A DNA stretch of 64,000 nt from Candidatus Omnitrophota bacterium (GCA_030632085.1 DAOVJY010000001.1:335402-399401), one strand, 5' to 3'. Positions 8,018 to 19,104 are shown, counted from the first letter of the stretch. A program made the numbers and translations. Notes: generated by a model from the sequence alone, not told the origin.

Positions 8018-9487
8018 GTGGAAAATCTTACAGAAGCTTTCCAACATATCAAGGAGGATTGTATGTTTGATGACAGAAGTAAAAAGTTTAAAAATCAATA
8101 TGTTCACTTAAAGAAAATGGACGTCAACAACTATAAGAGTTTTGTCGGCAAACAACGTATAGACAATCTCAAATGGCTGGCAGAACCCCTGCAGCGCAAA
8201 GTCTGGGCCAATGTCAACTCTACGGCTATTGGAGGTGGAGTAGCTGAAATGCTCCAAAGCACTATTCCCTTTTCCAGGGGCCTGGGTGTTGACTGCCGTT
8301 GGTTTATCATTGAGGGGTCCCCCGAGTTTTTTAAAGTAACCAAGAAATTCCATAACCTCTTACAAGGCGTTAAGCAGGACATCAGCATGGAAGAGGTTTT
8401 TCACGCTTACTTAGATACTATTAAATGGAACACCGAAAAAACAAAGGTTGTCGGCCATATGGTGGTAGTCCACGATCCGCAACCGGCGGCCATAGTTATG
8501 AGCGGAAACGTTTACGGGCATCTTCTCTGGAGGTGCCACATCGATACCTCCCAGGCCTCAAGGAGAATCTGGCGTTTTCTCCTACCTTATATTAACCATT
8601 TTGACGGAGCCATTTTTACCTGCAAGGAATTTATAAAAGACCAACTGCAAATTCCGGCTTATGAAGTCCATCCCTGCATCGACCCCTTAAGAAAAAAAAA
8701 TCAGCTGATGACTAAAAAAGAAGCTCTTGATAAATTATCCAATCTTTTTAATGAGCATAATATCGATCCTAAACGGCCTATCGTTCTGGCGGTTTCCCGT
8801 TACGACGTTCATAAAAACCAAAAAGGAATTATTAAATCCTTTAAACAGGCAAAGTCTCTTTTAAGTAAAAAAATTAAACCTTACCTAATTATTGTCGGCA
8901 ACTCCGCCTCTGACGACCCTGAGGGTGAAATGATGTACCAGGAAATCTTAACCGCCATTGACGGCGATAAGGATATCCAGGCTTGGTTGAATATAGAAGA
9001 AAATGATGACTGTATCGGTGCCTTAATGGCCTTAGCTGACTGCTTTATACATTTATCTACTAAAGAAGGTTTCGGCCTGGTTGTTACCGAAGCCATGTGG
9101 CATAAAACTCCGGTTATCGGAAGTAAAATCGGAGGCATTAAACTCCAAGTCATCGATGAAGAGACCGGCTACTTAGTCGAACCTGACGACTCTAAAACCG
9201 CGGCTAAAAGAATTAAATCAATCCTGGAAAACTCCAAAGAAAAACAAACCCTGGGTAAAAATGCCCATAGGCATGTTAAAGAAAATTTTCTCTTACCTTC
9301 TTTAGTTGAGCGCTATCTTTTATTAATGAGATATTATCTGGAAATTGATAATAAGATACCTGAATTCAGGATGAACGAGCTGACCTACAAGGAAATAAAG
9401 GCCGCTCTCTACGGCAGAACTGTCTGGCCGTTTTCTTCAAACGACCTCAAGAAAAAAGTGGAGACTATCTGGGAAGGATTAGCTTAA
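8018..9487 (+). CDS. treT: Trehalose glycosyltransferring synthase (GT4 family)
   Basis: NSTAIGGGVAEMLQS...CRWFIIEGSPEFFKVTKKFHNLLQG and FGLVVTEAMWHKTPVIGSKIGGI closely follow archaeal/bacterial TreT. Confidence 0.75.
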   Translation: MENLTEAFQHIKEDCMFDDRSKKFKNQYVHLKKMDVNNYKSFVGKQRIDNLKWLAEPLQRKVWANVNSTAIGGGVAEMLQSTIPFSRGLGVDCRWFIIEGSPEFFKVTKKFHNLLQGVKQDISMEEVFHAYLDTIKWNTEKTKVVGHMVVVHDPQPAAIVMSGNVYGHLLWRCHIDTSQASRRIWRFLLPYINHFDGAIFTCKEFIKDQLQIPAYEVHPCIDPLRKKNQLMTKKEALDKLSNLFNEHNIDPKRPIVLAVSRYDVHKNQKGIIKSFKQAKSLLSKKIKPYLIIVGNSASDDPEGEMMYQEILTAIDGDKDIQAWLNIEENDDCIGALMALADCFIHLSTKEGFGLVVTEAMWHKTPVIGSKIGGIKLQVIDEETGYLVEPDDSKTAAKRIKSILENSKEKQTLGKNAHRHVKENFLLPSLVERYLLLMRYYLEIDNKIPEFRMNELTYKEIKAALYGRTVWPFSSNDLKKKVETIWEGLA

Positions 9488-9846
9488 CCCGGAGGCCAGG
9501 TAAATTTCCTACCGCTTAAAAGATGTAGATGGATATGAAAAACTTCCTGTCCGGCATCTTTACCGCAGTTTAAGACAATGCGGTATCCTTTATTCGCCAG
9601 TCCCTTTTCCTGGACTATTTTATTGGCAGCCATAATCATCCGGCCCATTAGATGCGCTTCTTCCTCTTTTAAGTCTGAAACCCTCGCGATATGTTTCTTG
9701 GGAATTATTAATGTATGATTCGGCGCCTGGGGATTTATATCAGAAAATGCCAAAACTAAATCATCTTCATAGACGATGTCTGCCGGGATTTCTCTATTAA
9801 TTATTTTACAAAACAAACAATCATTCATTGACTTCTGCCTCGTCAT
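9484..9846 (-). CDS. HIT family (histidine triad) hydrolase
   Basis: HIHLHLL histidine triad motif. Confidence 0.85.
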   Translation of the reverse strand: MTRQKSMNDCLFCKIINREIPADIVYEDDLVLAFSDINPQAPNHTLIIPKKHIARVSDLKEEEAHLMGRMIMAANKIVQEKGLANKGYRIVLNCGKDAGQEVFHIHLHLLSGRKFTWPPG

Positions 9847-10300
9847 CGTATAAAAGCCGGCTGCCCGACCTTAAGATTATCCTGAAGATAAAAATTATCC
9901 CCACGAAAAAAGCTATACTCCCCACGGGTGAAAAATATGTATATAAATCAGCATACTCTCTTGTAAGAAACATTATTGCTCCATATTGATAACTGAGCAT
10001 GGTAACTAAAACAAAATTACTCGCCGCGTAAAACTCCCAGAAATAATAAAATCTCTTCTCAACCGACTTCTTAAAATAAAACCTGTCTAAAAAGAAAAAC
10101 ATTAGGCAACTCAAAACTATACTACCTGAAAAAAAGAAGATATCGTTCTTTTTAGAAAACTCCCAAATAAAAAATGAGATATAAAACTTACGGACGAAAA
10201 AGGAAGGAACAAATACATAGAAATATATACTGTACGCCGCGGATATCAAGGCGACACTAAAAGGAAAAATATCTTTTTTGAAGGCTCTTTTTTTTATCAT
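9821..10300 (-). CDS. hypothetical multi-pass membrane protein; start trimmed to the internal Met because the longest ORF (to 10339) overlaps tRNA-Leu
   Basis: hydrophobic F/I/L-rich segments; ORF track 9821..10339. Confidence 0.45.
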   Translation of the reverse strand: MIKKRAFKKDIFPFSVALISAAYSIYFYVFVPSFFVRKFYISFFIWEFSKKNDIFFFSGSIVLSCLMFFFLDRFYFKKSVEKRFYYFWEFYAASNFVLVTMLSYQYGAIMFLTREYADLYTYFSPVGSIAFFVGIIFIFRIILRSGSRLLYDDEAEVNE

Positions 10301-10309
10301 AAGATAAAC

Positions 10310-10398
10310 TGGTGCGAGGAGGGGGATTTGAACCCCCATGAGATTTAACTCTCACTAGGCCCTCAACCTAGCGCGTATGCCAATTCCGCCACCCTCGC
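10310..10398 (-). tRNA. tRNA-Leu (anticodon GAG), long variable arm
   Basis: GCGAGGG acceptor, anticodon stem CTAGG/CCTAG with loop TTGAGGG, T-arm GGGGG-TTCAAAT-CCCCC, CCA encoded; 89 nt. Confidence 0.8.
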
Positions 10399-10745
10399 AG
10401 TTTTAAAAAAGTTGATTTGCAGAACAACATTAAATTTGATTAAAATCAACAAATTTTAAAGCGTTTTATTGCTTTTCTTTGTCTTTTTCCTGATTTTCCA
10501 TAATTTATGCGCTGTTACATAGATAAAATTGCTGAACTCTCTGATATTTTCAGTTATTCTCTATTAACTAAGGGCGAGTACGACAAAAAAACACCAAAAG
10601 AAACCTAAAGACAACTATTTATCCACTTTAGATATTCTTTATTTCCTTCATTTATTTCAACTAATATTACCTCGGGTACTTCATAAGCTATCCGTTTAAG
10701 GCGGACTTAACACTTATTCAGTGCCAAAATTTTCTACAAAAATTT

Positions 10746-10820
10746 TGGCTGCCCGACTAGGACTCGAACCTAGAATAGATGAACCAGAATCATCCGTGTT
10801 GCCAATTACACCATCGGGCA
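10746..10820 (-). tRNA. tRNA-Gln (anticodon CUG)
   Basis: U1:A72 acceptor TGCCCGA/TCGGGCA, discriminator G, anticodon stem GATGA/TCATC with loop TTCTGGT, T-arm CTAGG-TTCGAGT-CCTAG. Confidence 0.75.
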
Positions 10821-10867
10821 AAATTGTTTTATTATTATATACTACTTTGTAATTTATTGTAAAGGGC

Positions 10868-12538
10868 TTATTGTTTCTTGTTTATCTTAGCCCATGTATC
10901 TCTTAAAGAGACGATACGGTTAAAAACTATTCTTTCTTTTGTCGCGTCTTTATCTAAGCAGAAATATCCCAATCTTTCAAATTGATACTTATTATCATGT
11001 TTCGCGTTTTTTAAGCTGGGTTCTAAATAACACTTATTTAATATAACTAATGAATCTTTATTAAAATTATCTTTATAATCTTCCGCTTCATTGGGATCTC
11101 TCACTAAAAAAAGATGGTCATATATTCTTACTTCCGCCTCTATAGCCGTATTAGCTGCTACCCAATGCAGAGTGCCTTTTACTTTTCTGCCGTCAGGAGA
11201 ATCTCCGCCTTTAGTCGCGGGGTCATAAGTACAGCGTAATTCAACTATTTCACCGGTCTTTTCGTCCTTTATGACTTCTTTACAGGATATAAAGTAGGCA
11301 TAACGTAAGCGGACTTCCCTATCTGGTGCTAAGCGGAAGAATTTTTTATGAGGAACTTCCTGGAAATCATCTTTTTCAATATATAACACCTTTGAAAAAG
11401 GAACCTTTCTTGTACCGCTTGCTTCATCTTCCGGGTTATTAATACAATCTAACTCTTCGGCCTTATCCTCCGGATAGTTTTCGATTACTACCTTAAGAGG
11501 ATTTAAGACAGCCATTACTCTATTGGCCTTTTTATTTAATTCTTCTCTTAAAGAGTTCTCTAATAAATTAGTTTCAATAATAGAGTTTATTTTTGTAACC
11601 CCTATAATTTTACAGAAGTTTCTTATGGACTCCGGAGTATAACCTCTTCTTCTTAAGCCTGAGATAGTCGGCATCCTGGGGTCATCCCAGCCATTTACGT
11701 ATTTTTTCTCAACAAGCTCTAATAGTTTTCTTTTGCTTAAGATGGTATGACTTAAATTAAGCCTGGCAAACTCTATCTGCTGGGGATGATGAACTTCCAA
11801 TTGATCTAATATCCAATCATATAATGGCCTATTATTTTCAAATTCCAATGTGCATATAGAATGGGTTATATTTTCAATGGAGTCCGATAAGCAATGAGTA
11901 AAATCATACATAGGATAAATTACCCATTTATCAGCTGTTCTATAATGATTTAGTTTACGTATTCTATAAAGAGCGGGATCCCTCATAGTTAAATTTGCAG
12001 AGCTCATATCTATCTTAGCTTTTAGAGTCCTGCTTCCTTCTTCAAACTCACCCGCCTTCATTCTTTTAAATAAGTCAAGGTTTTCATCAATTGAACGGTC
12101 TCGATAAGGACTGTCTTTTCCGGGCTCGGTTAAAGTGCCGCGGTATTTTCTAACATCTTCAGGGCTTAAATCACAGACATAGGCCTTGCCTCTTTTAATT
12201 AATTTTATGGCATAGTTGTATAACTGCTCAAAATAATCAGAGGCATAATATAAACCATCCCATTTAAAACCTAACCAGCTAACGTCTTCTTTAATGGAAT
12301 TTACATACTCCATCTCTTCCGTCTCGGGGTTGGTATCATCCAGCCTTAGGTTGCAGGGGCCGTTGTATTTTTTAGCTAATCCAAAATTAAGACAGATAGA
12401 CTTGGCATGGCCGATATGAAGATAGCCGTTAGGTTCCGGAGGGAAGCGGGTATGAACCTTGGAATCATTCTTATTATTTTCCAGGTCTTTATCGATTATC
12501 TCTTCTATAAAATTAGCTGCTTTTTCTTTATTATCCAT
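10868..12538 (-). CDS. glnS: Glutaminyl-tRNA synthetase
   Basis: [28 protein letters not shown] region almost identical to E. coli GlnRS; ILSKR. Confidence 0.9.
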   Translation of the reverse strand: MDNKEKAANFIEEIIDKDLENNKNDSKVHTRFPPEPNGYLHIGHAKSICLNFGLAKKYNGPCNLRLDDTNPETEEMEYVNSIKEDVSWLGFKWDGLYYASDYFEQLYNYAIKLIKRGKAYVCDLSPEDVRKYRGTLTEPGKDSPYRDRSIDENLDLFKRMKAGEFEEGSRTLKAKIDMSSANLTMRDPALYRIRKLNHYRTADKWVIYPMYDFTHCLSDSIENITHSICTLEFENNRPLYDWILDQLEVHHPQQIEFARLNLSHTILSKRKLLELVEKKYVNGWDDPRMPTISGLRRRGYTPESIRNFCKIIGVTKINSIIETNLLENSLREELNKKANRVMAVLNPLKVVIENYPEDKAEELDCINNPEDEASGTRKVPFSKVLYIEKDDFQEVPHKKFFRLAPDREVRLRYAYFISCKEVIKDEKTGEIVELRCTYDPATKGGDSPDGRKVKGTLHWVAANTAIEAEVRIYDHLFLVRDPNEAEDYKDNFNKDSLVILNKCYLEPSLKNAKHDNKYQFERLGYFCLDKDATKERIVFNRIVSLRDTWAKINKKQ

Positions 12539-12554
12539 TGTATACTTTTATTTT

Positions 12555-13841
12555 TTAATTAAGGGTTTTTTCTATTCTCTTTATAACTGTCTCTTTGCCC
12601 AACAACTCCATTACCTCAAACAATCCCGCCCCTTTAGTTTTACCGCTTATGGCCATGCGGGTGGGGTGAATGATATTAGCCGGCTTTAGATTATTTTTAT
12701 CAGCCAAGGCTCTATATACTTCTTCTATTTTCTCATGGGAAAAATCATCAATTCCCTCTAGTTCATTTAGAGCTAATTTTAAATTCTCTTTATTTTCTTC
12801 CTTATCCAAGTGCTTTCTCCGGCCCTTCTCATCAACTGAATAATCATCTTTAAAGAAGAAATCGGCTAAATCTAAGAATTCACTAAAAACTTTTATGCGC
12901 ACTCGGTATAATTCAATTATCTTTTTTAGTTTTTCCTCATCAATAGTTTGTGGGTCTATATTATTTTTTTCTAACTCTTTAATGAAATAAGGGTAAATGT
13001 CTTTGAAATCTTTAGAACGAATATATTCACCGTTTAACCATTTTAATTTATCTATATCAAACTTCACCTGGGTATTATTTATTTTGCTTATCTCAAATTC
13101 TTTCGCCGCCTCGCTCATGCTGATAACTTCCCTATCTCCTTGCGGCTGCCAGCCTAAAAGTAAAAGATAGTTATTTAAGGCCTCGGGTAAAAAACCGTCT
13201 CTCCTATACTCTGAGACGGCTACTCCACCATGCCTTTTTGAAAGTTTTGCGCCATCTTGGCCCATCATTAAAGGTATATGCGCGAACTCCGGCACTTCTA
13301 TGCCCAGAGCCTCATAAAACATAATTTGCTTAGGAGTATTGGAAATATGATCATCACCTCTAATAATGTGGGTAATTTTTAAATTAGCATCATCAACTAC
13401 ACAAGCAAAATTATAGGCCGGTGAGCCATCTGACTTTATCAAAACCTGGTCTTTAATCTGATCGGTGTTAACTGTAATTTTACCATGCACCAGGTCATTA
13501 ATTGAAATAACTCTGCCTTTTTCCACCTTAAAAATAATAGCTTCGCCTTCTTTATATGCCAGGCCTTTATCTAAAATATTTTGAGCTTTTTCTTTATAAA
13601 GCCCGAAGTTATCAGACTGAAAAAAAGGGCCCTCATCCCACTCTAAACCCATCCACTTCAAGTCATTTAAAATATCATCCAAGAATTCTTTTTTTGAACG
13701 TACCAGGTCAGTATCTTCCACTCTTAGCACGAAGGTACCACCAACGTGTTTAGCGTAGAGCCAATTAAAAAGGGCTGTCCTGGCACTTCCTAAATGAAGA
13801 AAACCCGTGGGGCTGGGGGCAAATCTAACTCTTATACTCAT
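12555..13841 (-). CDS. gltX: Glutamyl-tRNA synthetase
   Basis: VRFAPSPTGFLHLGSARTALFNWLYAKH HIGH motif; KLSKR. Confidence 0.9.
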   Translation of the reverse strand: MSIRVRFAPSPTGFLHLGSARTALFNWLYAKHVGGTFVLRVEDTDLVRSKKEFLDDILNDLKWMGLEWDEGPFFQSDNFGLYKEKAQNILDKGLAYKEGEAIIFKVEKGRVISINDLVHGKITVNTDQIKDQVLIKSDGSPAYNFACVVDDANLKITHIIRGDDHISNTPKQIMFYEALGIEVPEFAHIPLMMGQDGAKLSKRHGGVAVSEYRRDGFLPEALNNYLLLLGWQPQGDREVISMSEAAKEFEISKINNTQVKFDIDKLKWLNGEYIRSKDFKDIYPYFIKELEKNNIDPQTIDEEKLKKIIELYRVRIKVFSEFLDLADFFFKDDYSVDEKGRRKHLDKEENKENLKLALNELEGIDDFSHEKIEEVYRALADKNNLKPANIIHPTRMAISGKTKGAGLFEVMELLGKETVIKRIEKTLN

Positions 13842-14373
13842 CGGCTAATTTTACCCCTTCATGAAGAGCTTGTTTATTTATATCAAGCATTATGTGGCGG
13901 TACGGCGGAAAAACATCTTTTAAAATAGCTATAATACTTTCTAGTTTTACAAGGTTGGTAATTCTCTGATAAGCGCCCAGAGCAACCATGTTGGCTACTT
14001 TGATGTTTCCTAACTCCTTGGCTTTTTCTGTGGCCGGAATTCTGACAATTTTTAAATCATCCCTGTCTGTCTTATCGCTAACTAAAGAACTGTTTATAAT
14101 CATTAAACCGTTTTTCTTTATTACATGCTCAAACTTTATAAAAGAAGGCCTGTTCATGACAATACAATCCTGAGGTTCGTAAAAAAGTCCTGAGGCCACG
14201 GGCTTGTCTGAAACAATAATCTTGGAGTGTGCTGTTCCGCCCCTAACCTCAGCTCCATAAGAAGGCATCCAGGTAACTTCTTTGTTTTCTTTCATGGCGG
14301 CATTAGCGATAAGTTTTCCCATAACCATAATTCCCTGTCCGCCAAAGCCCGAGCAGATAATCTCTTTATACAT
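13825..14373 (-). CDS. 2-oxoacid:ferredoxin oxidoreductase gamma subunit
   Basis: ICSGFGGQGIMVMGKL; position in the delta-alpha-beta-gamma cluster. Confidence 0.8.
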   Translation of the reverse strand: MYKEIICSGFGGQGIMVMGKLIANAAMKENKEVTWMPSYGAEVRGGTAHSKIIVSDKPVASGLFYEPQDCIVMNRPSFIKFEHVIKKNGLMIINSSLVSDKTDRDDLKIVRIPATEKAKELGNIKVANMVALGAYQRITNLVKLESIIAILKDVFPPYRHIMLDINKQALHEGVKLADEYKS

Positions 14374-15100
14374 CTTTTATAACTCCAAGAGGCGTCTCTT
14401 TAATAATTTCATTTTCTATTTTATCTACCGCTTCTTCAGGTGTTAAAGCCCAGTAAGTCGGACACTGGGAGATGATCTCCACCATGGAAAAGCCTTTACC
14501 TTCAATTTGATTTACAAAAGCCCTCTTTATGGCTTTTTTAGTTAAGATAACATTTTTAGGTTTATTAACGGCTGTTCTTTCAATATAACAAACTCCATCT
14601 AAAACAGCCAGCATCTCTGATATCTTCAGAGGATAGCCGTCTCTTTTTTTATCCCGTCCGGATTTACAGGTAGTTGTCCTCTGCCCTAAAAGAGTTGTCG
14701 GGGCCATCTGGCCGCCGGTCATTCCATAGACACCGTTATTTACAAAAATACAAGTCAGATCTTCGCCTCTATTAGCGGCATGAACCGTCTCGGCGGTTCC
14801 AATAGCGGCTAAATCACCGTCACCCTGATAAGTAAAAACAATCAGATCGGGCCTCATTCTTTTTATGCCTGTCGCTACCGCCAGGGGCCTGCCATGTGCC
14901 GCTTCTGTTGTATCAAAATCCCAGTAGTCATAGGCTAAAACGGCGCAGCCTACCGGCGCGATAGCTAAAACTTTTTCAGTAATATTAAGCTCTTCAATCA
15001 CCTCGCAAACTAACCTGTGGACTATACCATGTCCGCAACCGGGACAGTAATGCGTAACCGGATCTAATAATAAAGGGCTTTTCTTAAATATCTTTTTCAA
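14366..15100 (-). CDS. 2-oxoacid:ferredoxin oxidoreductase beta subunit (TPP-binding)
   Basis: CPGCGHGIV and GDGD TPP motifs. Confidence 0.8.
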   Translation of the reverse strand: MKKIFKKSPLLLDPVTHYCPGCGHGIVHRLVCEVIEELNITEKVLAIAPVGCAVLAYDYWDFDTTEAAHGRPLAVATGIKRMRPDLIVFTYQGDGDLAAIGTAETVHAANRGEDLTCIFVNNGVYGMTGGQMAPTTLLGQRTTTCKSGRDKKRDGYPLKISEMLAVLDGVCYIERTAVNKPKNVILTKKAIKRAFVNQIEGKGFSMVEIISQCPTYWALTPEEAVDKIENEIIKETPLGVIKDV

Positions 15101-16188
15101 GAGAGGCTCCTTATTTTTTTAATTATTTCTTTCTCACTCGGAATTATCCCGGCTGTCCTGCCGTAAAAATGGACTTCAGACTTACCAAAAACAGCCATTC
15201 GTACATCTTCAACCATCTGGCCCATATTCATCTCAACTACCAGGAATTTAACCTTTTTATGGGCGGCATCTGAAATAATCTTTTTAGGAAACGGCCAGAG
15301 AGTTATAGGCCTGATCATACCTATCTTAAGGCCTTCATTTCTTAAGGTCATCATCACCTTTTTACAAATACGGCTGGTCGCTCCAAAAGCAACTAAGATA
15401 ATTTCACAATCATCGATATAAAAAGTCTCAGCCCTAACCTCATTACTTTCTATAATGTCATATGTTTTTTTCAGTTCTTTATTCAGGTTCTCCAGCGCGC
15501 CATACTCCAAAAATAGAGACTTGACAACCTTAGGCTCCTTATTTTTAGTCTGAGCCAGGGCCCAGCTTTTATCCACCTTTGTCTTTTCATGCTTAAAAGA
15601 AGGCTTCAAAGTAACCGGCTCGGCCATCTGGCCTAAAACACCGTCTCCTAAAACTAAAACCGGAGTCCTGTAGATATCGGCTAAATCAAAAGCCAGGTAA
15701 GTCAAATCAAAAAGCTCCTGAGAACCATTGGGAGCCAAAACAACAGTGTGGTAATCTCCGTGGCCGCCGCCTTTAGTTGCTTGAAAATAATCTGACTGCG
15801 CGGGGCTGATATTTCCCAGGCCGGGTCCGCCGCGCTGCATATTAACTATAACCGCCGGCAACTTACAAGCCGCCAAATAGGAAATGCCTTCCTGCTTTAA
15901 GCTTATCCCGGGTGAAGAGGAAGAAGTCATAACTCTTTCTCCGATGACTGAGGCCCCAAAAATCATACTAATGGCAGCCAGCTCACTTTCAGCCTGAATA
16001 AAAACCCCGCCTGCTTCAGGCATATTATCAGCCATATAGGCTGTCAGTTCATTCTGGGGAGTTATGGGATATCCGGCATAAAACTTACAGCCGGCTTCTA
16101 TGGCCGCCTGCCCTATTATATGGTTACCCACCATTAATACCCTATTTTTATCTTTTTGATTATTTTTTGTCATTTGACTTTTCATCAT
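15097..16188 (-). CDS. 2-oxoacid:ferredoxin oxidoreductase alpha subunit
   Basis: size and position; PorA/KorA-like. Confidence 0.75.
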   Translation of the reverse strand: MMKSQMTKNNQKDKNRVLMVGNHIIGQAAIEAGCKFYAGYPITPQNELTAYMADNMPEAGGVFIQAESELAAISMIFGASVIGERVMTSSSSPGISLKQEGISYLAACKLPAVIVNMQRGGPGLGNISPAQSDYFQATKGGGHGDYHTVVLAPNGSQELFDLTYLAFDLADIYRTPVLVLGDGVLGQMAEPVTLKPSFKHEKTKVDKSWALAQTKNKEPKVVKSLFLEYGALENLNKELKKTYDIIESNEVRAETFYIDDCEIILVAFGATSRICKKVMMTLRNEGLKIGMIRPITLWPFPKKIISDAAHKKVKFLVVEMNMGQMVEDVRMAVFGKSEVHFYGRTAGIIPSEKEIIKKIRSLS

Positions 16189-16390
16189 CTATTATTTCAA
16201 TCGCGGCTTCGGGGCACATTATAGCGCAAGACTTACAACCCGTACACTCATCTTTACCGCGGACGAACTCCGCGGGATAAACGCCCCTTTTATTAAGTTT
16301 TTTAGATTCAACTATGAGCCCTTTCGGACAGTATTTTATGCAAAGCCCGCAGCCCTTGCATTTTTCAGTATCTATTTTAATCCTAATCAT
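16160..16390 (-). CDS. 2-oxoacid:ferredoxin oxidoreductase delta subunit (2x[4Fe-4S] ferredoxin)
   Basis: CKGCGLCIKYCP and CTGCKSCAIMCP. Confidence 0.8.
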   Translation of the reverse strand: MIRIKIDTEKCKGCGLCIKYCPKGLIVESKKLNKRGVYPAEFVRGKDECTGCKSCAIMCPEAAIEIIDDEKSNDKK

Positions 16391-16391
16391 T

Positions 16392-17222
16392 TCAGCGAAC
16401 CTTGCCCCATTTCAACTTTTCATTTAATATAGCAAAATAACTTCTCTTTGAAGAGGTAATCAACCTAAAGGGCCTTTTAGCCTTATTAATCCTGACGATA
16501 TCTCCATTTTTTAATTTTATGCCTTCTTGTCCGTCGGCTACCAGAGCTACATCTTTGGCTTCTTGAGAAACAACCTTTATCCGGATATCTGAGGTCATCG
16601 GCAAAACCAAAGGCCTATTAGACAAAGTATGCGGGCATATAGGAGAAACAACAAAGGCCTTTACCTCCGGATGCAAAATAGGTCCGCCGGCGGATAATGA
16701 ATAAGCAGTTGAACCTGTCGCACTGGCTACAATCAACCCGTCGCATAAATAAACCGCCACCTGCTCATTATTAATTATCAGCTCTAAAGTCAAAATACGC
16801 GACAAAGAACCTCTGCTAACAACAATATCATTTAAAGCGCTGAAACTATTTATAATTTTGTCGTCTCTGATAATCCCCGCGTTAATTACCTGCCTTAAGC
16901 TAACAGTATATTTACCTTCTAAAACCTCATCTATAGCCGCTTTAATCTCATTGGTTTTAATCTCGGTCAAAAAACCAAAGTCGCCTAAATTTATACCTAA
17001 GACATCTATCTTTTTATTGATATGCCTGGCTATATTAAGTAGTGTACCATCTCCACCTAAGGCAATAATTAAATCTGACATCCTAATTACTTCATGGCGT
17101 GACAATTTCTCATCAGTAATGGCCATGATCTTCTTTTTTCTTAAGATACTGACAACTTTTTTCTGATAAGCTAAGGCTTTTTTCTTTGAGGGATTAGCGA
17201 TTACGCCAACTGTTTTAATCAT
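16392..17222 (-). CDS. nadK: NAD(+) kinase
   Basis: GGDGTLL motif. Confidence 0.85.
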   Translation of the reverse strand: MIKTVGVIANPSKKKALAYQKKVVSILRKKKIMAITDEKLSRHEVIRMSDLIIALGGDGTLLNIARHINKKIDVLGINLGDFGFLTEIKTNEIKAAIDEVLEGKYTVSLRQVINAGIIRDDKIINSFSALNDIVVSRGSLSRILTLELIINNEQVAVYLCDGLIVASATGSTAYSLSAGGPILHPEVKAFVVSPICPHTLSNRPLVLPMTSDIRIKVVSQEAKDVALVADGQEGIKLKNGDIVRINKAKRPFRLITSSKRSYFAILNEKLKWGKVR

Positions 17223-19104
17223 TTAATATCTCTTTTGCTTTGTTTATCACAGCATCAACCGTTATGCCGTATTTATTAAAAAGTTCTTCTCTGGTACCGT
17301 GTTCAATAAATTCATCCGGCAGGCCAATTAGCCCGGATCTATAATCTGTAATCTTGTTTTCTTCTAAAAGTTCTAAAATCGCGCTTCCCGCGCCGCCAAG
17401 CCTGACACCTTCCTCAAGACAGATAAAGCGCTTACCGGTCTTTTTAATACAGTTAATTATCTTTTTATCAAGCGGTTTAATAAAACGCAAATCAACCACC
17501 TGAGCGGAGATATTTTCGTCCTCCAATTTCCCGGCTGCTTTAAGGGCAATTTCAGCCATAGGGCCGTAGGAAATTATAGTTATATCTTTGCCCTCTTTTA
17601 AAACCGCGGATTCACCTAGTTTTATAACGGACTTCTCAGTCGTTGATGGCTTCTTTGTCACAGCTCTGGGATATCTGATAGCCACCGGTCTTTTTAAACT
17701 AACAGCTAATTCCAACATCGCCTCAAAATCATCCGCATCCTTAGGAGCCATTATAACTAATTTAGGTAAATTTCGCAAGTAGGCTATATCAAAAACTCCC
17801 TGATGGGTCACCCCGTCTTGGCCAACAATGCCGGCCCGGTCAATAGCCAGGATAACTCCCAATTCCTGCAAACAAATATCATGGAATATTTGGTCGTAGC
17901 CGCGCTGCAGGAAAGTAGAATAAATAGCTACTACCGGTATAAAGCCTTCTTTAGCCATCCCGGCTGAAAAAGTCAAGCCATGCTGCTCGGCAATACCCAC
18001 ATCAAAAAACCTCTCAGGATATTTTCTGGCAAAAACATCCAGGCCGGTTCCATGAGGCATAGCCGCGGTAACGGCTACTATTTTATTGTTTTCTTTAGCT
18101 AGGGCGCATATTTTATCAGAAAATACTTCAGTAAAACTTATCTTGTTACCAAACTCTTTTTTATCTAATTTACCCTCTTCAATACCGTTTTCCTTATCAA
18201 AAGGATTAAGGCCGTGGAAATGAGCCGGGTCAGATTCAGCCGGTTTATAACCTTTCCCTTTAGTTGTCACCACATGAACTATCCTGGGGCCGCTCAAAGC
18301 GGAAACTTTTTGAAAGATAGCTATCAATTCTTTCATGTCATGGCCGTCAATAGGCCCGAAATAAGTAAAGCCCAGCTCTTCAAAGTAAATACCTGGAACA
18401 ATAAGGTTTTTAAGGCCCTCCTCAAATCTCTTGGCTGCCTTGGCCACTTTAGGCCCGAATTTAGGGATGCGTGAAACAAAAGTTCTCAGTTCATTTCTAA
18501 CCTTATTAAATAACGGCTCTGATATAAGACGGGTTAAATAACTGCTTAACGCCCCTACGCTCTCGGAAATGGACATCTCATTACTGTTTAAAACAATAAT
18601 AAAATCTTTACCCATTTGGCCCGCGTTATTTAAAGCCTCAAAAGACTCACCCCCGGATAAAGCCCCGTCACCAATAATGGCGACAACCTTATTTTTTTTC
18701 TTTTCTAAATCTCTGGCCGCGGCCAAACCCAGAGCAAAAGAGATAGAGGTTGAACTATGGCCCGAGGTCATAACATCATAGGGGCTCTCATCTTTATTAG
18801 GAAAGCCGCTTAAACCGCCAAATTGCCTTAAGGTTTTCATTTTATCTTTTCTGCCGGTAAGAATTTTGTGGGGATAACACTGGTGCCCTACATCCCAGAC
18901 AAGCTTATCCTGGGGTGTATTAAAAATATAGTGCAGGGCAATGGTCAGCTCTACAACTCCCAGGCTTGAGGCCAAATGGCCCCCAGTCTCAGAGACAGTA
19001 TTTATAACCAACTGCCTGACTTGCGAACTGAGTTCATTCAATTTATCTACAGGAAGTTTCTTTAAATCAGCCGGACTGTTAATTTTTGAAAGTATCTCAG
19101 ACAA
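17215..19104 (-). CDS. dxs: 1-deoxy-D-xylulose-5-phosphate synthase
   Basis: GHLASSLGVVELTIALHY...GHQCYPHKILTGR. Confidence 0.9.
   Translation of the reverse strand: MSEILSKINSPADLKKLPVDKLNELSSQVRQLVINTVSETGGHLASSLGVVELTIALHYIFNTPQDKLVWDVGHQCYPHKILTGRKDKMKTLRQFGGLSGFPNKDESPYDVMTSGHSSTSISFALGLAAARDLEKKKNKVVAIIGDGALSGGESFEALNNAGQMGKDFIIVLNSNEMSISESVGALSSYLTRLISEPLFNKVRNELRTFVSRIPKFGPKVAKAAKRFEEGLKNLIVPGIYFEELGFTYFGPIDGHDMKELIAIFQKVSALSGPRIVHVVTTKGKGYKPAESDPAHFHGLNPFDKENGIEEGKLDKKEFGNKISFTEVFSDKICALAKENNKIVAVTAAMPHGTGLDVFARKYPERFFDVGIAEQHGLTFSAGMAKEGFIPVVAIYSTFLQRGYDQIFHDICLQELGVILAIDRAGIVGQDGVTHQGVFDIAYLRNLPKLVIMAPKDADDFEAMLELAVSLKRPVAIRYPRAVTKKPSTTEKSVIKLGESAVLKEGKDITIISYGPMAEIALKAAGKLEDENISAQVVDLRFIKPLDKKIINCIKKTGKRFICLEEGVRLGGAGSAILELLEENKITDYRSGLIGLPDEFIEHGTREELFNKYGITVDAVINKAKEILND

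Noticed and set aside
8108-9153. Minus-strand ORFs 8108-8353, 8131-8388 and 8881-9153 inside treT
   Set aside because: Antisense to a strongly supported TreT gene with no RBS or domain.
9821-10339. Full-length 172-aa ORF as annotated in the ORF track
   Set aside because: Its first 13 codons overlap tRNA-Leu. The internal Met at 10298-10300 gives a non-overlapping gene, so coordinates were trimmed.
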